A stretch of DNA of 64,000 bases from Escherichia coli. GTDB taxonomy: Bacteria; Pseudomonadota; Gammaproteobacteria; Enterobacterales; Enterobacteriaceae. Below the pieces are notes generated by a model. That model worked only from the letters and a program-made list of their open reading frames with translations, made no database searches and was not told the DNA's origin. Both the position numbers and the translations under genes were made by a program. Location: the NCBI RefSeq assembly GCF_041886205.1, contig NZ_CP169029.1, one strand, 5' to 3'. Positions 54,240 through 63,870 of the stretch are shown one piece after another (the stretch's first letter is position 1; every line of letters begins with the position of its first letter).

Positions 54240-54614
54240 TTATGAGGTGGTTGCGGGTGTCTGTGCCGGATAAACAGCCAGATAAACGTAACCACAGGAG
54301 CCGAGGGTGTCGGCTTCGCAGGTCTGCCCTTTTGCATACAGCGTGACGGTATGCTGATTTCGGGGATTCAGTTCACCGCTGGTGAGCATGAGCTCCAGTT
54401 GTTTCATCAGCAGCGGAAAGGCCTGGTCCAGATGGTATGCATCTGCGTCGCTGAAGCGGCCTCTGATACCGGCGCGGTCGGCAAGGTAATGCAGGCGGTT
54501 ACCCTCCTGCACCAGACGGGCACCAAAACAGGGCCTCACTGTGCAGGGAAGCCCCCACCAGGGGCGGTCGTGATTGTCGTCGGGATGAGTTATCCCGGAG
54601 AGTTTGTCTGACAC
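54240..54614 (-). CDS. cbeA: CbeA/YeeU-family type IV antitoxin
   Basis: [52 protein letters not shown]…, YeeU/YfjZ/YafW family; GTG start. Confidence 0.85.
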   Translation of the reverse strand: MSDKLSGITHPDDNHDRPWWGLPCTVRPCFGARLVQEGNRLHYLADRAGIRGRFSDADAYHLDQAFPLLMKQLELMLTSGELNPRNQHTVTLYAKGQTCEADTLGSCGYVYLAVYPAQTPATTS

Positions 54615-54776
54615 GATAAAATCCTCTCTGAAAAGTGGTTAAGAATGGTTTAACGATGACAGGTCAGCCGGCGCGCTGACCGGTTTCGGTGAAGATGTAT
54701 GCATTGACAAGAATGGCCTCATCCACAGCGGCGTCTGAGTCCATCTGGTCGTACTCGTTTTCCGGGTGACGGAACA

Positions 54777-54998
54777 TCAGTTCAGGGTGACGCTCATCAG
54801 CCGGACATACGGGCCAAAACTGTCCTTATGGCGTTCAGCAAACACGGCCAGCACACCGGGAATATCCTGCACTTCACGACCGGTATACGCTTCAGTGCTG
54901 CCGTGCCAGCGGTATTTGCCGGTACAGAAAGGAAAAAGACGGGATGCCGGATGTTGTTGGTGAATACGCATGGCTTCACCACGGGTGATGATTTTCAT
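54777..54998 (-). CDS. yeeT: YeeT/YpjJ-like small protein (DUF987)
   Basis: 73 aa, MKIITRGEAMRIHQQHPASRLFPFCTGKYRWHG…. Confidence 0.75.
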   Translation of the reverse strand: MKIITRGEAMRIHQQHPASRLFPFCTGKYRWHGSTEAYTGREVQDIPGVLAVFAERHKDSFGPYVRLMSVTLN

Positions 54999-55060
54999 AG
55001 TGGGATACCTCTGAAGACAGAAGATAAAAGTGAAAACAGGTGTGATGTGGTTGTGACGGG

Positions 55061-55552
55061 TTAAAGCAGACCATGTTCGGCAAAGGAGAAAACCTGGTTG
55101 CCACCGACTATCAGATGGTCCGGCACCCGGATATCCACCAGGGCCAGTGCCTGTACCAGACGTTCGGTGATAAGCCGGTCTGCCTTACTGGGTGTGACTT
55201 CACCGGACGGGTGATTGTGTGCCAGCACCACGGCAGCGGCATTGTGATACAGGGCGCGTTTAATCACTTCCCGGGGATGGACTTCCGTGCGGTTGATGGT
55301 GCCGGTGAAGAGGGTTTCACCGGCAATCAGCTGATTCTGGTTGTTCAGATACAGCACCCGGAACTCTTCACGCTCCAGTCCCGCCATGTTCAGAATCAGC
55401 CATTCTCGTGCCGCACGGGTGGAGGTGAAGGCCACGCCGGGTTCATGAAGATGGCGGTCCAGGGTTTTCAGGGCCCGTTGAATGAGACTGCGCTCGCCGG
55501 GCGTCATTTCTCCGGGCAGAAAGGAAAGCTGCTGCATTGTCCCTGCCTCCAT
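55061..55552 (-). CDS. yeeS: RadC-like JAB-domain protein (YeeS/YfjY/YkfG family)
   Basis: JAMM-like HNHPSG motif (…AHNHPSGEVTPSKAD…); 163 aa. Confidence 0.8.
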   Translation of the reverse strand: MEAGTMQQLSFLPGEMTPGERSLIQRALKTLDRHLHEPGVAFTSTRAAREWLILNMAGLEREEFRVLYLNNQNQLIAGETLFTGTINRTEVHPREVIKRALYHNAAAVVLAHNHPSGEVTPSKADRLITERLVQALALVDIRVPDHLIVGGNQVFSFAEHGLL

Positions 55553-56038
55553 TCAGTCGATGATGCGCATAATGGCGCTGCATTCCGGATGCTGCAGGGC
55601 GTAATCCCGCAGCCGGTAATAATGGACCGTCATGGCATAACACTCCGTACGACAGGCGTGATGACTGTACGTCATCAGACAGGCAGCAATGCCGGCGGCT
55701 TCCGGGCTCATTTCAGCGCGGTTGCCGTTCATGGCATTGAACAGTACCCATGTTTCGTCATCATCGTCATCCGGTTCGGGGGCCATAAATGCCCCGCCGT
55801 TGTTCAGAGTGTACAGATTCCAGATACCACCGCAGTAGTCTTCGCACAGACGGTCCATCCAGCCGAAAACACGGGGCTCCAGGGTCACCCACTGTGGAAT
55901 GAGGCCAAAATGCTGCGGCCAGAAGCTGATGCGCTGTTCATCAGGGACTATGGTGGCAACCAACTGAGGCTGGTCATTCCCTGATGCAGCGGTTACGGAA
56001 ACAGAAGATGTGGTGGAATTATGTGAAATGGTTTTCAT
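55553..56038 (-). CDS. Antirestriction protein, KlcA/ArdB family (YfjX-like)
   Basis: 161 aa with the acidic stretch EPDDDDDETW and surrounding sequence resembling YfjX/YeeR-neighbour antirestriction proteins. Confidence 0.7.
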   Translation of the reverse strand: MKTISHNSTTSSVSVTAASGNDQPQLVATIVPDEQRISFWPQHFGLIPQWVTLEPRVFGWMDRLCEDYCGGIWNLYTLNNGGAFMAPEPDDDDDETWVLFNAMNGNRAEMSPEAAGIAACLMTYSHHACRTECYAMTVHYYRLRDYALQHPECSAIMRIID

Positions 56039-56092
56039 GAAATGACTCCTTAAAGGACAAATAAATGCGTGGTTTTCAGGGTAATGGCTGAA

Positions 56093-56911
56093 TCAGCGCA
56101 GGCTCTCCAGCAGGGTTTCCGCCATCACCCACAATGCGCGGTTGAGCTTAATGTCAGTGTCAATGCTGTGAATGGCACGGGTATGGATACGTTTTCCTTT
56201 AGCGCTGCGACCTGAAATTCCGCCTTTCAGCATATTCTCCTGAATGGTCTGATAAGCACTCCACAGGTCCTTACCGTAATCCTCCCGGCGTCGTGGCGTC
56301 AGAATGTCGGCGGTGGTGACGGGCTGATGTTCGTCACCATAACGGTAAGTCAGTGCCGCCTGTGCCAGCGCCTGGCGTGCCGGTGGCGGCAGAATCAGCG
56401 ACTGCATGGCATCACGCTTTTCCTCAATCCGGTCAAAAACCCCCACCACCTCGTAAGCCCCTTCAATGACTCTGTCCACCACATTTCCCCGGTGCGGAAC
56501 ACGCACTTCCCCCAGAGACTGACCACAGACGCATCCGTTCTGGCAGACGAACCTGAAGTAACCCGGCAGCATCTGGTAGCTGGAGGTACCGTCATGAGAG
56601 TTGAGCAGAATAATTTCAGGGACATGTTCTCCGTTTATCTCTCCGGCCCGCCGCAGACGCAGCATGTGTTTTGTGTATCCCCGGCGGCCCGGGTCGCGCA
56701 CACGGGTCTGGCAGGCGAAGAATGGCTGAAAGCCTTCCCGCTGCAGGCTTTCCAGTACGGTGATGGTGGGGATGTACGTATAGTTCTGGCTTCGGGACGT
56801 GTGTTTATCTTCCCCGAAAATCCCCGGCACATAGTGCATCAGTTCTTTGTGTGTCAGCGGACGGTCACGGCGTATCTGGTTCGCATAACCAAAACGACTG
56901 GCTAGTCGCAT
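56093..56911 (-). CDS. DUF932-family protein (YfjQ/YafZ-like)
   Basis: 272 aa, MRLASRFGYANQIRRDRPLTHKELMHYVPGIFGEDKHTSRSQNYTYIPT…; a family that recurs in CP4-type islands. Confidence 0.65.
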   Translation of the reverse strand: MRLASRFGYANQIRRDRPLTHKELMHYVPGIFGEDKHTSRSQNYTYIPTITVLESLQREGFQPFFACQTRVRDPGRRGYTKHMLRLRRAGEINGEHVPEIILLNSHDGTSSYQMLPGYFRFVCQNGCVCGQSLGEVRVPHRGNVVDRVIEGAYEVVGVFDRIEEKRDAMQSLILPPPARQALAQAALTYRYGDEHQPVTTADILTPRRREDYGKDLWSAYQTIQENMLKGGISGRSAKGKRIHTRAIHSIDTDIKLNRALWVMAETLLESLR

Positions 56912-57010
56912 AATTTGCTCCTTATCGGTGGTTAAGATTTACTGGTGTAATAAATGAAAAAGCCACGTCTCCCGGAGAAGACGCGGCCTGATGGGTGAAA
57001 TGAATGACGT

Positions 57011-57244
57011 TTATTGTCTGAGAAGACCGTCACTGGCGAGCCGCGTATTAAGCACCTTTCCGGCATCGGGTTCAGAATTCCGGCAGCACCAGCGTCGCTG
57101 ACCTTCCGCGTTGCGGATAACCCGACGGAAATGCATTCCCGGGTCATCCTGGATAAACACATTGCGGTAAGCGGTTATGACAGCAACCGCCTGCCCGTAT
57201 GAGAAAGATCCTTCAGCCAGGACATACTCTGTGTAACCCGGCAT
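57011..57244 (-). CDS. Small hypothetical protein
   Basis: 77-aa ORF in the island gene string, same strand as its neighbours. Confidence 0.35.
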   Translation of the reverse strand: MPGYTEYVLAEGSFSYGQAVAVITAYRNVFIQDDPGMHFRRVIRNAEGQRRWCCRNSEPDAGKVLNTRLASDGLLRQ

Positions 57245-57322
57245 ATCGGTTTTCTCCTGATAAATAAAAAGCCTCTGCCACGCGTTGTGACAGAGGCTGA
57301 AGCATGAAACTGACTTCAGGGA

Positions 57323-57778
57323 TCAGTTAACGTTTTTTCCGGAAACGGTAATCAGCAGTGGATGGTAGTCCTGGGGATTGAAAACCGATAACGGCAGACT
57401 GACACGATGGCCGTTACTTTCTTCAGTTGCTTTAATGATTTCGGTTGTGGCGACATTTTCCACGCACTCCGTTTCCAGAAATGCGTCTGTGGTTCGCGTG
57501 GCATTACTGTCACCAAAAGCTTCCGTTTCCATTTTTCTGGTCACCAGCGTCTGACCATATTTGTCTTTGAGTTGCAGAGTGATGGTGAGGGGGCCAAATC
57601 CTTCATCGTTTCCGCCATTATCCAGCCGGAACTGGTAAGCACAAATATTTCCCGGGAGCCATATCCTATCTGTATTGCGTATACTGATGTAACGTTGATC
57701 CTGTGCCCGGAGTGGGGCAGACCACGTTAACCCCAGAATGAAGGCGGTAATCATGCAGGTTTTGAACAGGTGAATCAT
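57323..57778 (-). CDS. Hypothetical secreted protein (signal peptide)
   Basis: 151 aa with an N-terminal hydrophobic signal ending …WSAPLRAQD. Confidence 0.5.
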   Translation of the reverse strand: MIHLFKTCMITAFILGLTWSAPLRAQDQRYISIRNTDRIWLPGNICAYQFRLDNGGNDEGFGPLTITLQLKDKYGQTLVTRKMETEAFGDSNATRTTDAFLETECVENVATTEIIKATEESNGHRVSLPLSVFNPQDYHPLLITVSGKNVN

Positions 57779-57853
57779 GGTATTTACCTCTCTGAGTCAT
57801 GACGATGACACTGACAAATCAGGTGATAAAGCGTAAAAGGCGCAGAATAGCCG

Positions 57854-60376
57854 TTATGCCGGTAACTCCGGGGGTAATGCTTCTTCCAGTCGGTTAACCA
57901 TATTGCCGAGATGGGATGCATCATATTCCATGACGGGGCGTTGCCTGATGATACTGACCACCAGTGGTTTGATTAACATATTGGTCGCGGCCCGTTGTTG
58001 TATACCGGCGGCGAAAATGATCTCCAGAGCATTCTGATCGATAACACGGGCCAGATTCTCGTTCAGATTTTCAATCTCATGTCCGGTCAGCAGGAAACTG
58101 CCGGCAAGCCATGTCACCTGCTCCTGAATCATTGCCAGAATTTTGACGCGATCTTCTTCAACCAGCGCTCCGGCAATTTTTCCTGATACAGCGGAGGCAA
58201 TCATTCCCCCCAGAACACCGCCAACCACACGCCCTGTCAGTGCACCAAATGGTCCCAGTGGACTGAACAGTATCCCGCCCGCCACTGACCCGACAGCTCC
58301 ACCTGCCACACCGGAAGATGCCACGGCAAGATTCCTGATGAACTGCGTACCGGAGATCCGTCCCCGCAACATTTTGATCATGTCAGGGCCGGTTGTGACA
58401 GCTACCAGTGCCAGAGATGTCACCAGCGTACCCTTCATCACTTTGTTCAGGGCACTGATATTTCCTGCACCGGTCCCCTTCTGAAGAGCCAGTCGGACAG
58501 TCGGGCTGGCAGTCGAAAAATCAATGTGCTTCAGCATACCCTGAACAACACTGAGCCGGTGGAGTTGCTGGGTTGTGACGTAGACAGCCAGTGTGCGGGT
58601 GAAGGTTTTTCCTGCCTGGACAGCAGCTGTCTGCAGGGCAGCATCGCGATCGCCGGTGCTGAGCCAGAAGACCGATGCCGTCAGGGCAAAACTGATCCCT
58701 CCGGCCGCCAGACTGACAACCGAACCCTCGGCAATATCATAAGTGACCGATTCGATGGTCCCGAACCGGGTGATATTACGGGCCTGAGTATAAGTCAGAT
58801 GTCCCCGACGAATCAGCCGGGACGCTTCTGCGGGATCGGTTACACCGGGTACTTTACCTTCGCGGATCTTATTCCTCATGGTTTCAACAGCGCCGGCATA
58901 CTGATCACGGGGGACTTCCAGTTGCATGGGGCCATTATTTCCCATGTAACGATACTGTCCGTTTTGTCCGTCGAATGCCGCACCGACGCTACGGGCTGCA
59001 GTTGAACAATATTTCGTCTGGATTTCTGTTCCGCTGACCAGTCTGTCTGCTCCATTTCTGGCATTATTATCACCGAGGATCCGTGCGTTTTTCAGACGGA
59101 CTCTGTCGACAATATGGTTTCCCCGTTCAGCGGCAAACCCATGTCCCTGCCCTCCGGAAGCAAACATTTTCTCATTTGTACTCCAGGTTTCCGGCAGTTT
59201 CATGAGAATCAGACCATTCGCCGTTGCATCGGAAATAAAGCTGTTGTAAGGGCGTTCATAAATTTCCTGACACAGTGTTTCTGTTTCGCGACAAAGAGAG
59301 GAGCAGTACCATTCCGGATCCGGCTTATGATTTTCCGGGGCATGATGTACTTCTGTCAGCCCGCAGGAGGCACAGATACGAAGCTCATCCACGTGATGGA
59401 ATGATACAAAACGGCGACCTTCTGAAAAGGGATACCAGTCACCGCCGTCCAGGCAACGATCGAGAAAATCGTCATTCGCTTCCGGTGATAAATTCAGGCG
59501 GTTCCGGAAGAGCGTTTTCAGTTCATCAGGTGTGAATGACAGGTTCTCTTTCAACTGTTCGTTAAACCCTGCCATGTTTCTTTCATACCAGGCATTGTTC
59601 AGTAACCAGTTTCCGTCTGCCAGTTCAAATTCCCTCAGCTCTCCCCGGGAAATCCGTTGAGAAATGAGCGTCAGCCAGATGCGCTCCGTCAGTGAGTCAG
59701 GAAGGCTGTAATCGTTTTGCAAACTGGTCAGCCACGATTTACTGTTGAGCACCGGTTGTTCTTCCAGTGTCTGGCTGATGGCACAGGTCAGTTTTTTCAG
59801 CGCCTGGATCTGGCTGGCCGCCCATAGCAGCGTCACTAATGCAGCCAGCCAGTACAACAACCCGCCCCACCACATCAGTGACGGTGAAATATCGTACTGT
59901 AACGCGATCAATGGTGCGCATGCAGAACACGCCATAAGGAAAAAGGCAGTATAAAAACAGCAGTAATACCCGTTAATTTCCTTGCTGATATCTTCTGGTG
60001 TGATCCCGTTCTGCTGAATGTTTTTGATCTGCAGGGGAACAGCCAGCAGACCACCGGCGAGAGCGGTGGTCAGAATAAATTTCACAGAGTCAAAGGTGTG
60101 AGCCTCCAGCGCGATATGTTTACCATCAAGTCCCCACATGAAGCTGATGATCATTCCGGCAATCGTCAGAAATACGCCTGCCAGCCAGCGAATATGGAAC
60201 AACCGGGTTATGCGTTCGGTGATATAGCCAGCCAGTAAGGCCGGGCCGAACAGACACAGCAATATGAGCCCTGCCAGCGCAGAAGCCGTGCTGATTAATG
60301 CTCTGAACAAAAGGCGAAGAATGGCAAATCCTGCGATCAGCAGGATCAGCGCGCCGACTATCTGTAACATAGTCAC
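57854..60376 (-). CDS. yeeR: YeeR-like large inner membrane protein
   Basis: 840 aa: N-terminal transmembrane helices, a Cys-containing central region (…CASCGLTEVHH…WYCSSLC…), and a C-terminal Gly/Ala-rich glycine-zipper-like segment (GGAVGSVAGGILFSPLGPFGALTGRVVGGVLGG). The N-terminus matches YeeR of CP4-44. Confidence 0.7.
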   Translation of the reverse strand: MTMLQIVGALILLIAGFAILRLLFRALISTASALAGLILLCLFGPALLAGYITERITRLFHIRWLAGVFLTIAGMIISFMWGLDGKHIALEAHTFDSVKFILTTALAGGLLAVPLQIKNIQQNGITPEDISKEINGYYCCFYTAFFLMACSACAPLIALQYDISPSLMWWGGLLYWLAALVTLLWAASQIQALKKLTCAISQTLEEQPVLNSKSWLTSLQNDYSLPDSLTERIWLTLISQRISRGELREFELADGNWLLNNAWYERNMAGFNEQLKENLSFTPDELKTLFRNRLNLSPEANDDFLDRCLDGGDWYPFSEGRRFVSFHHVDELRICASCGLTEVHHAPENHKPDPEWYCSSLCRETETLCQEIYERPYNSFISDATANGLILMKLPETWSTNEKMFASGGQGHGFAAERGNHIVDRVRLKNARILGDNNARNGADRLVSGTEIQTKYCSTAARSVGAAFDGQNGQYRYMGNNGPMQLEVPRDQYAGAVETMRNKIREGKVPGVTDPAEASRLIRRGHLTYTQARNITRFGTIESVTYDIAEGSVVSLAAGGISFALTASVFWLSTGDRDAALQTAAVQAGKTFTRTLAVYVTTQQLHRLSVVQGMLKHIDFSTASPTVRLALQKGTGAGNISALNKVMKGTLVTSLALVAVTTGPDMIKMLRGRISGTQFIRNLAVASSGVAGGAVGSVAGGILFSPLGPFGALTGRVVGGVLGGMIASAVSGKIAGALVEEDRVKILAMIQEQVTWLAGSFLLTGHEIENLNENLARVIDQNALEIIFAAGIQQRAATNMLIKPLVVSIIRQRPVMEYDASHLGNMVNRLEEALPPELPA

Positions 60377-60490
60377 TCCGTGATGAATATCATGTTATTG
60401 TTAATGCCAGCGAATGTGGCGTTGAATATCCGTTGCGCCGGTCCGGGTCCCGATCATGATGACCGGGACCACAGAGAGGCGATGGTTCTG

Positions 60491-63400
60491 TCAGAAGGTC
60501 ACATTCAGCGTGGCCTGACCGTTATAGCCTTCAGCGCTGCTGCCGCTGACGCTGTGGACATAACCTGCCTGAACGCCCAGGGTGATATTTTCCCGGACAC
60601 GGGCTTCCAGTCCGGCCTGCAGGTCCAGTGACGTACCATTCTGTGACGGTGAGAACGTCATGTTACTGCCGGCTGCGGCTGTACCCATGCTCATGTCCCC
60701 CCGGGAGCTGAAGGTGCGGATAACAGAAGGCTGTACCCACCAGTTCACCGGCAGTTCACGCACACTGTGTTTGGCACTGCCGCGCAGGGTGTCACGGGAT
60801 GAGGTGCCTTTACCAAAGTTCATATCGTGGTGGCTGCCCAGACGGAAGCCGGCACGCACATGTTGTGCACTGCCATGCCCGAACTTCACATAACCGGCGT
60901 TGTCCTTACCGTCATCCAGGGAAAGTCCCTGCCAGGTATACTGCAGTTGTGGCTCCAGCATCAGGTTGTCAGTGATACTGAAGGGCAGACCGGTTTCCAG
61001 TGAACCCAGCCAGCCCCAACCCCGGGCGCGGAAGTCGTTATTGTCCGTTGACGCTTTCATGCTGTGGCGGGTTCCCAGGGCCACAATGTCAGCCCACAGT
61101 CCGGAGGCGTTGTGTATCAGATTCAGGTATCCGCCCAGGCTGCCGGCATCATCCCGGACCGTGCCGGCACGGGAGCCGTCATCATCCTTAACATCAACGG
61201 AAGAATGGCCAGCAGCACCATATATCCCCGCGGTCACAGACATACCGGCAACCTCTGTTCTCATCAGGTCACCCTCCAGACGGACGAATCCATAGCTGCC
61301 GCTGCTTTCCGGCGTGGCCCCACGGGCAATACCGCCGTTGTTATCGTGACCGAGATGGCCGCCCTGAATGCTGAGACGGACGCTGTTATTTTCACCGTTT
61401 ACACCGGTCTGATGGCTGCGTGAGCCTGCCAGAATCCGGTCATAGTCCATTGCCTGTGTCAGCATGGAGGCATACAGGGGGACTTCTGCACGATAAGCAT
61501 TTTCACTGCGCAGATACCAGCTCTCATCACTGTCCCGGTTGAGGGAGTAGTTAAAGGCACCGGCCTGCAGCTTATTCCCCTGGATAAAGGCCCCTTCCTC
61601 CGTGGTGGCACCGTTAATGGCTTCCACCACCTGAATACCCTTACCGCTGGTCGCCAGCCCCGACGCACTGTTGCCGGCGTTCACCAGGTTCAGGATGGTT
61701 TTTCCGGTTGCCCTGCCACCGTCAATGACCAGTCTGTCAGCATTGTTCTGTGCCATATCCGGGCGTACACGCAGGCTGATGGTGCCATTCTGTCCGTTCA
61801 GGTTTTTCACTTTCAGGGTTGCCGGTACGAACTTCCCTGTGCGGGTGGAGGTGAAATGAATCTGTCCGGCATGGCTGAGGTCATCCACCACCGACTGCAC
61901 CGTGGCGTTATCGGGAATATTCCAGGTGGCACCAGAGGCGAGAGTGACATTCGTGGGGTCAATGGCACCGTTCAGCACAGTGCTGCCGGTCAGCTTCAGG
62001 GCTGTACCGCGCTGAGCAATGACATCCGTGGTGACGGTACTGTCGTTCAGCGTCAGCGTGCCTTCATTCAGGTTGACGGCTTTCTGGGTGAGTGTGGTGT
62101 TGCTGACAGTGAGTGTGCCACTTCCTGATTTTTCCACGCTGCCGTTACCGGTGAGAGAGCCTCCCTGCAGGAGTGCATCGCCTTCACGGATGGTCAGGGT
62201 ATCGTTGTTCACCGTCTTCCCGGAAAGGGTAAGTATGGCGCCGTTATTCAGCGTGGTGGTGCCCGCCAGTGTGCCGCCCCTGGCGGTGAACAGTCCGCCA
62301 TTTACCGTGGTATCCGTGGCCGTATCACCGGCGTTCAGCGTGAATGAACTGCCTTTTTCCAGCATCAGGGCATCCGCCTGACCACCTCCGATACTGAATG
62401 CCTTTCCGTCGCTCCGGGTACCACTGACAGCGGCACCGGAATCGGCCAGCAGTACACCGCCATTTCCCATGGATACGGTGGTGGCGGTGCCACCGTTGCG
62501 GACATCCAGCGTTCCGCCATCATCCACGCGGGTATTAGTGGCTGTGTGTCCGGTCAGCACATCCAGGCGTCCGCCATTTTCCAGTACGACATTATCAGCT
62601 TTACCCTCCACAACAGAGAATGCTCCCAGGCGGTTTATGCCGGTAACGGTTGCAGCCGTACTGGTAACCAGTGCGCCGCCCTGCTTCAGGGTGACATTCG
62701 TGGCTGTACCACCGGCGTCCACCTGCAGTCTGCCCTTCTGATTAACGGTGGTATTCCCGGCCACACCCCCGTTTTTGACAATCTGCCAGCCGTCACTGTT
62801 TACAACAGTGCCAGACGCCGTACCGCCGTTGTGCACATACTGGTACCCCCCATTCAGCGTGGTATCCAGTGCGTGACCATGTACAGTCTGGTCGCCGCCG
62901 GCATAAACCACAGTGGTATTTGCCGTTCCTTCAGCAGCCACAATCTGACGACCATTTTTATTGATGGTGGTGCGTACGGCATCTCCGTAGACGGTCTGCC
63001 CGGTATCACCATTTTCCGCATCCGGTCCCCCTTCCGCGCCGGTATTCACAACCGTGTCGGTTGCCACTGCGCCGGATTTGATGGCCTGCCAGCCCTTCTC
63101 ATTAATGACGGTACCCGTTGCAATCCCGCCTTCATGTACCCACTGCTCACCGCCGTTCAGAGTGGTGTTCACTGCCTGCCCCTGAAGGCTCTGTCCGCCT
63201 CCGGCACTGATAACCGTGTCTGAAACGCTTCCTCCGGCATTCACTCTCTGAAGACCACCACCGGTGACAGTAGTGTTGTTGGCGATACCGCCATTTTGTA
63301 TCCATTGTCCGCCGGTATTGGCCTCGTTATCCGGCCCATACTCCAGACCGGTACTGATGGTCATTCCGTTGGCCGTACCGAGGACAATCTGGTTGTCATG

Positions 63401-63610
63401 ATTTGTCAGTGTTCCGTCGTTCACGGTTTCTCCCGCCTGTACAACCTTGTCAGCAGCCAGTGCCGGGACTGATGTGACAGCAGCAAGAGACAGCGCAACC
63501 GCCACACCGGCGCCTTTTCCCCGTGAGCGGGCCAGTTCGGAGGCCACCACCAGGGTGCCCGTAATGTGATTCCATACCAGCCTGTAGCTGGTGTTCAGAT
63601 GTCGTTTCAT
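60491..63610 (-). CDS. flu: Antigen 43 self-associating autotransporter adhesin
   Basis: MKRHLNTSYRLVWNHITGTLVVASELARSRGKG… extended signal peptide, repetitive beta-helical passenger, C-terminal beta-barrel ending …GYNGQATLNVTF. Start at the internal Met of ORF 60491-63685. Confidence 0.95.
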   Translation of the reverse strand: MKRHLNTSYRLVWNHITGTLVVASELARSRGKGAGVAVALSLAAVTSVPALAADKVVQAGETVNDGTLTNHDNQIVLGTANGMTISTGLEYGPDNEANTGGQWIQNGGIANNTTVTGGGLQRVNAGGSVSDTVISAGGGQSLQGQAVNTTLNGGEQWVHEGGIATGTVINEKGWQAIKSGAVATDTVVNTGAEGGPDAENGDTGQTVYGDAVRTTINKNGRQIVAAEGTANTTVVYAGGDQTVHGHALDTTLNGGYQYVHNGGTASGTVVNSDGWQIVKNGGVAGNTTVNQKGRLQVDAGGTATNVTLKQGGALVTSTAATVTGINRLGAFSVVEGKADNVVLENGGRLDVLTGHTATNTRVDDGGTLDVRNGGTATTVSMGNGGVLLADSGAAVSGTRSDGKAFSIGGGQADALMLEKGSSFTLNAGDTATDTTVNGGLFTARGGTLAGTTTLNNGAILTLSGKTVNNDTLTIREGDALLQGGSLTGNGSVEKSGSGTLTVSNTTLTQKAVNLNEGTLTLNDSTVTTDVIAQRGTALKLTGSTVLNGAIDPTNVTLASGATWNIPDNATVQSVVDDLSHAGQIHFTSTRTGKFVPATLKVKNLNGQNGTISLRVRPDMAQNNADRLVIDGGRATGKTILNLVNAGNSASGLATSGKGIQVVEAINGATTEEGAFIQGNKLQAGAFNYSLNRDSDESWYLRSENAYRAEVPLYASMLTQAMDYDRILAGSRSHQTGVNGENNSVRLSIQGGHLGHDNNGGIARGATPESSGSYGFVRLEGDLMRTEVAGMSVTAGIYGAAGHSSVDVKDDDGSRAGTVRDDAGSLGGYLNLIHNASGLWADIVALGTRHSMKASTDNNDFRARGWGWLGSLETGLPFSITDNLMLEPQLQYTWQGLSLDDGKDNAGYVKFGHGSAQHVRAGFRLGSHHDMNFGKGTSSRDTLRGSAKHSVRELPVNWWVQPSVIRTFSSRGDMSMGTAAAGSNMTFSPSQNGTSLDLQAGLEARVRENITLGVQAGYVHSVSGSSAEGYNGQATLNVTF

Positions 63611-63819
63611 CAGCTTTTCCTTACAGAGGGTGAATAAAAAAGCCGGTACCCACAAATGTGGATACCGGCAGGTACAAAACAGCATGGTCAGATAAAGTGG
63701 TTTTTCCCGGACATAAATGCTTCCCCTCTCTCATCCGCCAGAGAAGTATCAGTCCGTTGTGTGCAATTCCGTTCTGCATGATGAAGAGATTCAGCTGCCT
63801 TTTCGCAGACCATTAACCA

Positions 63820-63870
63820 CTATAAACGATCGATAGTAACGATCGATACCTGTTTTATCGATCGTTTTAT
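63820..63870 (-). promoter_or_regulatory. agn43 phase-variation switch: three GATC (Dam) sites in the OxyR-binding region
   Basis: GATC at 63827, 63840 and 63859 within aaacGATCgatagtaacGATCgatacctgttttatcGATCgtttt, about 220-250 bp upstream of the flu start. Confidence 0.7.

Noticed and set aside
55073-55984. 303-aa + strand ORF
   Set aside because: Antisense across the RadC-like and antirestriction genes; Gly/His-rich nonsense composition.
60900-63223. Several + strand ORFs (131, 119, 120, 90 and 225 aa)
   Set aside because: All are antisense to the Antigen 43 gene; the Pro/Ser/Arg-rich translations are artefacts of its repetitive Gly/Thr-rich coding sequence.
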